A stretch of 63,887 bases of DNA, the filler included, from Stramenopiles sp. TOSAG23-3 (taxonomy: Eukaryota), in NCBI GenBank assembly GCA_900128585.1. It is 11 parts of 11 records of this genome, joined end to end, with 100 filler letters (N's around TTAATTAATTAA, not from the genome) between each part and the next. Parts side by side here need not be neighbours in the genome. Positions count along the whole stretch, not along the records: positions 18,640 to 27,839 come from LT642942.1; positions 27,940 to 37,137 come from LT642943.1; 9 more parts are not named here. One strand, 5' to 3'. The notes beneath the pieces are model-generated. The model made no database searches. It saw only the letters and a list, made by a program, of their open reading frames with translations, and had not been told where the DNA came from. The position numbers and the translations under genes are program-made. Position 1 is the stretch's first letter, and each line of letters opens with the position of its first letter. Below, piece by piece: positions 21,327 to 29,975 of the stretch.

Positions 21327-24300
21327 ATGATAAAGCACTTCGTAAACGTGCCGAATTTTTCTTCTCGCACCAGGGCTACGTTTGTTTATAGAAGCCGCGT
21401 TCGCGTAAATTTCAGACAATTTTCTAGCCAAGATGCCTTCGAAAATTATTCAGAAGACATCAAAGAGGCTTTTTCTATTAAGTCAAAGGCTGTCTTGCAT
21501 GACTATGGACAGTCCGAAGCAACACTGTACGTTCATAAAGGTACAGGAGCAGAGGTATTGAGTGTCTTATCCAGTGATGAAAACAAAGTCTTTGGTGTGA
21601 CGTTCCCGACACCACCGTCCAGTAGCGACGGTGTTGCTCATATATTAGAGCATTCAGTATTTTGCGGGAGCAGAAAGTACCCGTGCAAAGAACCGTTTGT
21701 AGAGCTGATGAAGGGAAGTATGTACACTTTTCTGAACGCGATGACGTATGCCGACCGAACATGTTACCCGGTGGCCTCGACTAATTTGAAAGATTTTTAC
21801 AACCTTGTGGACGTTTACTTAGATGCAGTATTTTTTCCAAAGCTGACGCGTGAAACGTTTGCACAGGAGGGCTGGCATTACAAACTAGAGCAAGAAGATG
21901 GGATGGCGCGAACAGGTTTGTCGTACCAAGGCATTGTACTTAATGAAATGAAAGGGGTGTACTCTCAGCCCGAATCGCTGCTGGGGAGATATGAACAGCA
22001 AGCGCTCTTTCCAAGCAACCAATACAGGTTCGATTCTGGGGGCGACCCAACGGTAATTCCAGAGCTGACCTACCAACATTTTATGCAGTTCCATCGAACT
22101 CACTACCAACCGAAGCACGCAAAACTGTTTTTTTACGGCGATGATCCAGAAGAAGAGCGCCTCAAGAGGATATCTTCGTTGCTTTCAAGGCAAAACATAC
22201 AAGAAATGATGGGAGACGCTACCCCCGGTCTGGTTTCGGCGGTAGAGTACCAGGAGAAATCCAACCGACCGTTTGCAAAAGTACGAATTCCATATTCCTC
22301 TTCCCCAACAACCGAAGAAGATAGTTCTGCTGATGATGGCGATCACTTTGTGACTGTGAACTGGCTGCTCAATGACTCCCCCATGTCCACAGAAGAGCGA
22401 TTGTGCTTAAATTTCTTAAGCGCATTGCTGCTAGGCAGCAGCTCTAGCCCTTTGTACAAAGACTTAATTTCCAGTGGATTAGGATCTTCTGTAATCGGGT
22501 ACGGCCTTAATGACGAACTCCTGCAGTCAACGTTTAGTGTGGGTTTGAAAGGCGTGACAGAAGCGAACGTTAGGAGGATAGAATCGTGCGTATTTGAAAG
22601 TCTTCAAAACATTTGCGAAGAAGGATTCGGAGACGACGCTATTACATCAGTCATGAATACAGTAGAATTTTCCTTGAGAGAATTCAACGCGGGGGGGATA
22701 CCGCGAGGTTTGGGTTTGATGTTAGGGATAAACCCTGGGTGGCTTTATGATGGTAATCCCTTCCAGCACATTGACTTTTCTTCGCATTTGAAGCGTATTC
22801 GAAAGCGGGTGGCAAGCAAAGAAAAAGTTTTCGAAGATCTCATCGAGAAATATCTACTCAAAAACATGCATCGAGCGAACGTGGAGTTGTACCCTGATAG
22901 TTCTTTGGGAGAACAAATCGAGCAGGATGAGCAGGGGTCTTTGGAAGCAACGTACAAAAGTATGTCAGAGGACGACCTTTCAAAAGTTGCGGAAACTTAC
23001 GAAGCACTAGATTTGCACCGCTCTTCACCGGACGACGAAGATGCTGTTAATACAATCCCCTCGTTGAAGCGGAAGGATATGAGGCGCGACATTCTGACGG
23101 TGCCAAGAGAGGTTGTCAATCACACCGTTGAAAACTTGAGTCATACCTTGCTGCTTCATGAACAACCCGATACAAACGAGATTGTGTACGTTGATGTTAT
23201 GCTCCCTATTCGAAATATCAGTGCACAGCAAATACATGAGCTTCCGCTTTTGTGTCGAGGCCTGGTTGAGACAGGAACTGCAGATCTTGATGGATCATCG
23301 TTTATCGAACACATTGGGATGTACACGGGGGGAATATCTGCGTCCCTGTCCGTTATACCAGAAAAACAGTCTTCTGTAGAGTTCGAAGACAAGTTCGATG
23401 TAAGATTAGTATTGTCAGGAAAGGCAACAGAAGGAAATGTCATTCGTTTGATCGAATACCTAGAAAAAGCACTTTTGGAATCTGACTTAAAGGCTACTAC
23501 ACGTATTCAGGAAATTCTCAAAGAAAAAATAAAATCTATGGAGTCGACCATTATGGATTCCGGGCATTCCATAGCAGCAATGAAGCTTCGGAGCAAATTA
23601 AAGCGCAGCAGTTGGTTTGTTGATCAGTACCAAGGCCTTGCGTACTATGACGCCTTAAGACAATTAGGTGGCTCCCTGGACAGAAATAAAGAGGGCACCA
23701 TGGCTTCTCTGTGCGATGATTTATCTCGTTTGAGGCAGCAAATTGTAAACCAAGATTCAATCACTGTGAACATAACCGGGAGTGCGGCTGGGATTTCCCT
23801 TGCGGAGGAACAGGTTCGAGGGTTGCTGAATCGCATTGGTCAAAACCGCACACGTAAAGATGGTCATATAGTCATACCATCGGAGGACTTGATGCCGGTC
23901 AGTGGCGCAAACGAATTGTTGATAATTCCCTCTCAAGTCAATTATGTTGTCCAAGGAGCTTTGCTTTTGGACAGCGACTTGGGTCAGGCAAATGGTAGTT
24001 GGCAAGTGGCTACCCGGTACCTTCAAAATTCATGGCTCTGGAATCAAGTTCGGGTGATTGGGGGTGCCTATGGGAGCTATTGTTCTTTGAACGACCGTTC
24101 CGGAGTATTCACTTTTGCCAGTTACCGCGATCCCGGCATGCAAAATACAATTGATGTCTACGATCGGAGCGCAAACTTCTTGGATGACCTCACTTTAAGT
24201 TGTCCAGAGCTGGACAAAGCCATTGTTGGTACTATTTCTGAAATGGATGCACCAGAGCCAGCCAGCGCCAAAGGTTACAAAGATACTTTGCGATACCTTT

Positions 24301-24488
24301 CAGGATTTACTGACGCCGACCGCCAAAAATTTAGAGATGAAGTCTTAGCAACACAGGAATCGGATTTCAAGGACTTGGCGCAAGCGATGAGAAACTTTTC
24401 TAAGAATAAAATCAATGTGGTTGTTGGTGGTGAAAACATTGAGGATACGCAAGATATTCAGTGGGAAGTCCGATCAGTCTTTCATTGA
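21327..24488 (+). CDS. PITRM1: Presequence protease PreP/PITRM1 (peptidase M16C), probably mitochondrial
   Basis: HILEH inverzincin motif, CGSRKYP, FLNAMTY.D.T.YP, QEGWH, NEMKG, SGGDP, RVIGGAYG, SYRDP; R-rich N-terminal presequence. Confidence 0.93.
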   Translation: MIKHFVNVPNFSSRTRATFVYRSRVRVNFRQFSSQDAFENYSEDIKEAFSIKSKAVLHDYGQSEATLYVHKGTGAEVLSVLSSDENKVFGVTFPTPPSSSDGVAHILEHSVFCGSRKYPCKEPFVELMKGSMYTFLNAMTYADRTCYPVASTNLKDFYNLVDVYLDAVFFPKLTRETFAQEGWHYKLEQEDGMARTGLSYQGIVLNEMKGVYSQPESLLGRYEQQALFPSNQYRFDSGGDPTVIPELTYQHFMQFHRTHYQPKHAKLFFYGDDPEEERLKRISSLLSRQNIQEMMGDATPGLVSAVEYQEKSNRPFAKVRIPYSSSPTTEEDSSADDGDHFVTVNWLLNDSPMSTEERLCLNFLSALLLGSSSSPLYKDLISSGLGSSVIGYGLNDELLQSTFSVGLKGVTEANVRRIESCVFESLQNICEEGFGDDAITSVMNTVEFSLREFNAGGIPRGLGLMLGINPGWLYDGNPFQHIDFSSHLKRIRKRVASKEKVFEDLIEKYLLKNMHRANVELYPDSSLGEQIEQDEQGSLEATYKSMSEDDLSKVAETYEALDLHRSSPDDEDAVNTIPSLKRKDMRRDILTVPREVVNHTVENLSHTLLLHEQPDTNEIVYVDVMLPIRNISAQQIHELPLLCRGLVETGTADLDGSSFIEHIGMYTGGISASLSVIPEKQSSVEFEDKFDVRLVLSGKATEGNVIRLIEYLEKALLESDLKATTRIQEILKEKIKSMESTIMDSGHSIAAMKLRSKLKRSSWFVDQYQGLAYYDALRQLGGSLDRNKEGTMASLCDDLSRLRQQIVNQDSITVNITGSAAGISLAEEQVRGLLNRIGQNRTRKDGHIVIPSEDLMPVSGANELLIIPSQVNYVVQGALLLDSDLGQANGSWQVATRYLQNSWLWNQVRVIGGAYGSYCSLNDRSGVFTFASYRDPGMQNTIDVYDRSANFLDDLTLSCPELDKAIVGTISEMDAPEPASAKGYKDTLRYLSGFTDADRQKFRDEVLATQESDFKDLAQAMRNFSKNKINVVVGGENIEDTQDIQWEVRSVFH

Positions 24489-24531
24489 AACAAATCGCGT
24501 AGTGGATCTATTTCAGACGATGTAAATTTTA

Positions 24532-24991
24532 TAAACACATGGAAAAATAACAGCCAATTTTCTTGTTTAAACACATTGATAGTTTTAAAACAAGAAAATT
24601 GGCTGTTTTTTAAAAAAAAACACTAATTCTATAGACTAGTCTACATGTTATTTAAAAAAAAAAACTAATGATATAGTATGTTTTAATCACTTTAAAAAAA
24701 AAAACTTTAATAGACGACTAAGTAATTTAAAATTAATGTACTGCGAGCTGAAATCTAGATTTGGACATTCTAGATTCATGGATAGTTTAACTTTATCAAT
24801 CCTACAAATCATTATATTGCTTTAGTAATAAAATGTACGAAGTAAGAACTGCTGTTTCTTTTTAACTGTACGCTCTTATATTATTTACCGAGAGACTAAA
24901 CCAGCCCCGACTGAAATTTGTTTTTTTTTCTTTTTACATTCAGTTTGCAGTACATTAATACTTTAAATAAAACAGCCAATTTTTCTTGTTT
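24532..24991. mobile_element. Cluster of family-A and family-B fragments in both orientations between convergent genes
   Basis: A forward at 24544-24567 (flanked by TAAACACATGGA/TAAACACATTGA), A reverse ~24587-24608, degenerate B reverse ~24654-24686, A reverse ~24721-24783, A forward ~24938-24991. Confidence 0.85.
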
Positions 24992-25078
24992 AAAAAAATG
25001 ATGATAATGCAAATTATTTAAGATTTATCACTGACACACAAAGAATTTGAAATTAAGAAACATTGGATTATTCTCCCT

Positions 25079-27730
25079 TCACTTAAATTTTTGGGCACAG
25101 AAATTTCCCCGTTCGTTCATTGTGTGCTTGTGCGTTGCCTCAGAGTGAGAAAACATAAAACCGAACAATCTCGCTCGAACAAGTTCAAACCTAATAATAA
25201 CTCGTCTTCCAGCCAACTGCGAGACAAACGGGGCCTTCTCGGAACCTTCTGCCCAGGTTAACTCTTTCGCCAACTCGTTCCCATTTACCTTGTGGGACCA
25301 AGCAAACACCCCAGCCATGGAACTGGCGCATGTCCTGCCCTCTGTTGCAATTACAACTCCCACCCGTACGTGCCCACCTTCTTGCGATTCGTAATTCAGA
25401 ATCAAGCGGGCTGCCCGCCTTGGGACCAGCAGAACCCTAGTTTCGACAAAACCAACCCCGTTTTCTTGTTCGTTCGTGTCCGACCAATTTTCGCTTTCTA
25501 CTGCGGCAATGCCCCCGTACCGAAATCGGTGAACCTTTATTACTCTTGGGTTCCAAAGCGGCGGGTTTTTGTCTGAGTGCATGGTGTATACGTATAAATG
25601 TTCGCAATCTTTAGATTCAACAATGCCCCTGACGTCCATTACTTGATAAAAGACAGTTGGGCCAACCTCGCTACTTAATTTACAATTTTCAAACATTCGA
25701 TGTGACCGGGTTCGCCTTGGGTTTAGTACGGACAAAACGTCATGGTGCGCATTATCACCACCATCGGACGAATACATGAACGTTACAAATGTTGGGCAGT
25801 TGCTGTGGCCGCTAAAGTGAGCGGAAGGAAAGAACGCTATGTATTTTGTTCCCGGAAAAATGTTCGCATTTGCTGTGTAAAATTGAACGTAAGGGAGGCC
25901 TAGCCCGGACTGGACTTTGACTGCTGTGCCACTCCTTTGACTGTACCTTCGCCACTCGCACTCAGAATGGGACCTAAGCATTTGAATCCCCCGCACCCCC
26001 CTTTTTACGTTGTGGCGGGCAAAGACTTTGAACACTCGTTCTTCATGGTCGTATAGCAAATCACTTCGAGAATCGAAATATGTACGGGTGTAAGGTGACT
26101 CCAGCAGGTGCGATGCGTTCAGTATAGCCTTTCGGGAATACGCGTCACCGTACGACTTCCAGTTTATCCCATCCCCAGACCGAAATGAGTGTAGGCCGAC
26201 ATCAATCCCTTCTGCGTCTGGTCGATGTTCTCCTCCGATACCTTTAAAAGAATATGCGTGCCGGCGTGGAAATCGTTTCAGCAATTCGTGGTCCCCTTGC
26301 AAGTACTCCTGCGTGTCTTCCTCCGACTCGTCGAGCAATGGGGGTCTGTTCATATCGTACACGTTGGTGGCGCCGACGGGACAGTTTGAATAGTCCACCA
26401 TTGGTGAAAAATTTTGGCCGCTGCTGTCTTGGGAATTGTAAAATACAATGTTCGTTTCAAACCCTGCAAATACTGTCGACTGCAGCGGAGAAAAGCTAAT
26501 GCCATCGTCCGAGTACAGGAGCTTTACAATATCATTTCCTAAATAAGCATTTCTATCGTTGCGCGTCCTCAAATCTTTTACTGAATAATAGAGCATGTAC
26601 ACGCCCGTTATTGGGTGGCGCAAAACAGACGCGTACGACAGCATAATGTCTTGCTCGGGAAAATCGTCAATGAATTTGTCAAAAGAGGTCGGCGTCATGT
26701 ATTTTATGGAGCACTTTGTAAAGGAGCGAAAAAGGCTCTTGTCGAACGCCAAATTCCACAAATCCAACGGCAGGAGCACCGCGTCGTCCTCAAAAGCCCC
26801 GTCTTCCCTGGAGCAGGACGGCATTGAAAGATCTGTTTGAGTTTGAAACTGCATCTCTGGTGGCGCGCCAGTTTTGATCCTTTGGAGGGAAACTCCCTTG
26901 CACCGAAGCAACTGCAATTCCAATGCATCTGAGTATGCCTTTATGACGTTCTCGAACGCCCTTAAACACACACCGCTAACCCTTGCGTCACGTACAGGCA
27001 TACCACAACCAAGTGTGTGAGCAACTTCGACCAGTGGGTTTTCTTCCGGGTTAACTCCAACTCCATCGATCCATATTGTGCGGTTTACAACTATTGATAG
27101 CCACTGTGAGGCGGTTCCATTTGCATATTTTCTACAGCGCTCTAGCACCATATTGCATTGACCATGGTTTACACCTAAATCACGACACAACCGTTTTACA
27201 CGTTCTGGAAGAAGTCCCAGCGGTCCAAAGTCATGCTTTTCAAAGGCCACTTTTGCCATGTCGATATGGTGGTAGGTTACAGGAGGATCAGGAAATAGTA
27301 ACGTTTTTGAAAAACATGTTAATGGGGTTGCGTCAGGGATAAGATTGATCTCTCCGGGCGACTGTCCTTTATCCACATTCGGCCGGGTGTTGTGGAATTC
27401 AAACGGTGTAATATTGAGCTTGGGGCGTAAGTAAGCTACGTTCCCCCGTTTGTAGTCTGTGGCTGCAGTTGCTTCGTGATAGAATCGTGTCACTGCCCCA
27501 CGTTCTCCAATCGGGTAGGTCACTAGCAAAAAACGAAAAACTGCAAAACACTGCTCTCGGTATAAATTGTACTTTAAGCACGTTTCTTCGGTAACACTGG
27601 TATAATACCACAACCACGTAGTCGTAGTTATCCAGTTCGGAGGTGAGCGAAGCCGAATTACCACGTTTTCAGTCGCACGTCGAGCAGTACTGCATGCGGA
27701 TAGTAGAAGGAAAACGATCAAAGCTTTCAT
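25079..27730 (-). CDS. Secreted protein with a GH32/43/130-like beta-propeller and a bacterial-type C-terminal beta-sandwich
   Basis: Signal peptide MKALIVFLLLSACSTA; Asp-box-like S.DG..W/F motifs (YSDDGISF, SGDGINW, SSDGG); C-terminal LILN..G.VRV..NGNE..W..LAGR.V..RFEL..ARLF.F. Confidence 0.65.
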   Translation of the reverse strand: MKALIVFLLLSACSTARRATENVVIRLRSPPNWITTTTWLWYYTSVTEETCLKYNLYREQCFAVFRFLLVTYPIGERGAVTRFYHEATAATDYKRGNVAYLRPKLNITPFEFHNTRPNVDKGQSPGEINLIPDATPLTCFSKTLLFPDPPVTYHHIDMAKVAFEKHDFGPLGLLPERVKRLCRDLGVNHGQCNMVLERCRKYANGTASQWLSIVVNRTIWIDGVGVNPEENPLVEVAHTLGCGMPVRDARVSGVCLRAFENVIKAYSDALELQLLRCKGVSLQRIKTGAPPEMQFQTQTDLSMPSCSREDGAFEDDAVLLPLDLWNLAFDKSLFRSFTKCSIKYMTPTSFDKFIDDFPEQDIMLSYASVLRHPITGVYMLYYSVKDLRTRNDRNAYLGNDIVKLLYSDDGISFSPLQSTVFAGFETNIVFYNSQDSSGQNFSPMVDYSNCPVGATNVYDMNRPPLLDESEEDTQEYLQGDHELLKRFPRRHAYSFKGIGGEHRPDAEGIDVGLHSFRSGDGINWKSYGDAYSRKAILNASHLLESPYTRTYFDSRSDLLYDHEERVFKVFARHNVKRGVRGIQMLRSHSECEWRRYSQRSGTAVKVQSGLGLPYVQFYTANANIFPGTKYIAFFPSAHFSGHSNCPTFVTFMYSSDGGDNAHHDVLSVLNPRRTRSHRMFENCKLSSEVGPTVFYQVMDVRGIVESKDCEHLYVYTMHSDKNPPLWNPRVIKVHRFRYGGIAAVESENWSDTNEQENGVGFVETRVLLVPRRAARLILNYESQEGGHVRVGVVIATEGRTCASSMAGVFAWSHKVNGNELAKELTWAEGSEKAPFVSQLAGRRVIIRFELVRARLFGFMFSHSEATHKHTMNERGNFCAQKFK

Positions 27731-27939
27731 TTTCCCCAGGTTTCTGTGGGCGTGTTTTTGTGCGTCGAACCTTTCATTCGGCACTTCCCATCTAACACCT
27801 CCTTCTTTGGTTTTTCTCTTTAGACTCCGTTGAGATGTTNNNNNNNNNNNNNNNNNNNNNNNNNNNNNNNNNNNNNNNNNNNNTTAATTAATTAANNNNN
27901 NNNNNNNNNNNNNNNNNNNNNNNNNNNNNNNNNNNNNNN

Positions 27940-29298
27940 ATGAACCGGGCAACCTTGATACGGCTGGTGACCAAAATCAAAGCAAAAATTTTTGCCAGGA
28001 CTTGGAAGCGTTGGGAGAAGTTCGTTGCAAGCGATAGACTAGTGAACGACGCCGATCACCAGGAATTTATGGACGAAGAAAGGCAAAAAGCGATGCGAAA
28101 GATTTCAGGGCGACTTCAACACTCAAGGCTAAATTTTGGCTGGAGTACATGGTTCGTATTTTACAAAAAATGCATTCGGTACGATAACATAATTCGAAAA
28201 TGTTCAAGCAGGCTACGAAACAGGCATATAAGTATGGCCTATTCCGCATGGAAGCAGTACCGAATTGTAAGAAGACGGTACAAAAGGAACATTTTAATTA
28301 TGGTGACCAGCCGGACGAAACGGTGCAAGGAAAATATTCTGCGCAAATGGAGGGCGTACTGCGGTCGACAGGCTCGAAACCGACGAGTGCTGGCAAAACA
28401 GGCAGCAAAGCGTTTGTTTGGGGACTTGCGAAGTACCTTTCGAGAATGGCATGAAGTCGTTACTTGGAATTTAAATATTGTTAGAGAACGAAAGCAGCAA
28501 CTGCGCCGCATTTGGAAGCTCAAAAGAAAGCGATTCCAGTTCTTAGCATTGCACATATGGAGACTTGGCGTTCAGCAAAATTGCCGGGAGTGCGGAACAA
28601 AACTGAGAGGAAAGTTTGTACCAGCACAAGTGGCACTATCTCAATTACAAAAATCTGCTAAAGTCGATGACATTGATTGGAGCTCTCGTGAAAAAAACTG
28701 GGACAGCAAATTGCCACCAGGGCATCGCACTGGCGGCGGCTTCTTCGGAAAAGCAGATTCCCTGGCTGCCATCCGTCCACCATTGAAGCGGATGAAAATG
28801 TATGTCCCACAAGGTGGAACTTCATCCGTGCGCATGTTGAAGCAGATTATTGAGAAAGCAGGCCAAGTTAAAGAAATGACAGAGAGAGCACGCATGGAGT
28901 TAGAGGCCTCCAATATTGTAATGAACACGTTCATCAGCACTTTTGGTGTGGACGTGGACGATGTATCTACTGGCGCCGACAGCGTGCCAGAAAGTGTAAG
29001 AGGGGAAGATGACGACGACTTTCTTGAAGTAGACGAAAAAGGCAAACTGGGGTCGGACGGCCTCTTGAATGATTCGGCTATTTTAGAGAGCTACGAAAAG
29101 AAAACCCTGTTGCGCTATGAAGAATCAAACAAAACTGCCGTCACTGTCGACGTTCGTCATGGTCGAACCCACAGCAAGGAGGTCGCAAAGCGGAAAGAGG
29201 TAAGCAGAAAGAAAAAACACGATAAACAACGTCTAGCAGAAAAGCAAAAACGAGACGTACAAAAGCACGTGCGGTTTCCCAAGGTTCAAAAAGATTGA
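27940..29298 (+). CDS. SFI1-like Trp-repeat protein, 5'-partial
   Basis: Periodic basic repeats with W (FARTWKRW, GWSTW, AYSAW, LRKW, FREW), starting at the contig edge. Confidence 0.6.
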   Translation: MNRATLIRLVTKIKAKIFARTWKRWEKFVASDRLVNDADHQEFMDEERQKAMRKISGRLQHSRLNFGWSTWFVFYKKCIRYDNIIRKCSSRLRNRHISMAYSAWKQYRIVRRRYKRNILIMVTSRTKRCKENILRKWRAYCGRQARNRRVLAKQAAKRLFGDLRSTFREWHEVVTWNLNIVRERKQQLRRIWKLKRKRFQFLALHIWRLGVQQNCRECGTKLRGKFVPAQVALSQLQKSAKVDDIDWSSREKNWDSKLPPGHRTGGGFFGKADSLAAIRPPLKRMKMYVPQGGTSSVRMLKQIIEKAGQVKEMTERARMELEASNIVMNTFISTFGVDVDDVSTGADSVPESVRGEDDDDFLEVDEKGKLGSDGLLNDSAILESYEKKTLLRYEESNKTAVTVDVRHGRTHSKEVAKRKEVSRKKKHDKQRLAEKQKRDVQKHVRFPKVQKD

Positions 29299-29369
29299 AG
29301 GGGAAACTGGAAATCGTAGAGGGACTGTAAGCTCAATAAGATTTTAATACAAAATAAATATTTAAAAAC

Positions 29370-29975
29370 ATGAAGGAATGTTCACCTCGAATGTCTAAAT
29401 TTAGAGTTCAGTTCGCAGTACATTAATTTTAATCACTTAAATAACAGCCAATTTTCTTGTGCAAAAAAAAAAAAATAATTATTATCAAAAAAGTGGCAGA
29501 TTCACTGTGCAGTATGAAGAAGATAAATTAAAACAAGAAAATTGTCTGTTATTTCCATTAAAAAAGTAATTAAAATTTAGCTTCCTCATATATTATTACC
29601 CTAATCCTGAAGTTAAATTAAAAATTTTTATTACACTTATAGACGACTAATAAAAACAAGAAAATTGGCTCTTATTAAACTTATAATAAATAACAGCCAA
29701 ATGTTTTGTTGTTAGGTACTAGTCTATAATAAATATTAGTATGTTTTAAAACTCTCATTTTTTTATATTACAAACAAGAAAATTGGCTGTTATTTAAGTA
29801 ATAATAAAAACAAGAAAATTGGCTGTTATATAATATCAATTACTATTTTTTCAGTTACTTTTATTTAAAGTTCGCAGTATAATATTTTTTTTTTTAAAGT
29901 TCGCAGTAACATATATGATGAAGACGATAAATTTGAACTATTTAAAGATATAACGCACAGCCATTTTTTTGTTTT
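29370..29975. mobile_element. Dense nest of about 8 family-A fragments and a family-B fragment between convergent genes
   Basis: A forward ~29370-29460; A reverse at ~29531, ~29653, ~29772 and ~29807; A forward ~29688 and degenerate ~29895-29975. B reverse ~29735-29855 is interrupted by two A copies. Confidence 0.85.

Noticed and set aside
29370-29975. CRISPR-like array of ~25-bp repeats
   Set aside because: Copies are in both orientations, vary in length, are irregularly spaced, have TSDs elsewhere, and there are no cas genes. Better explained as nested retroposed fragments.
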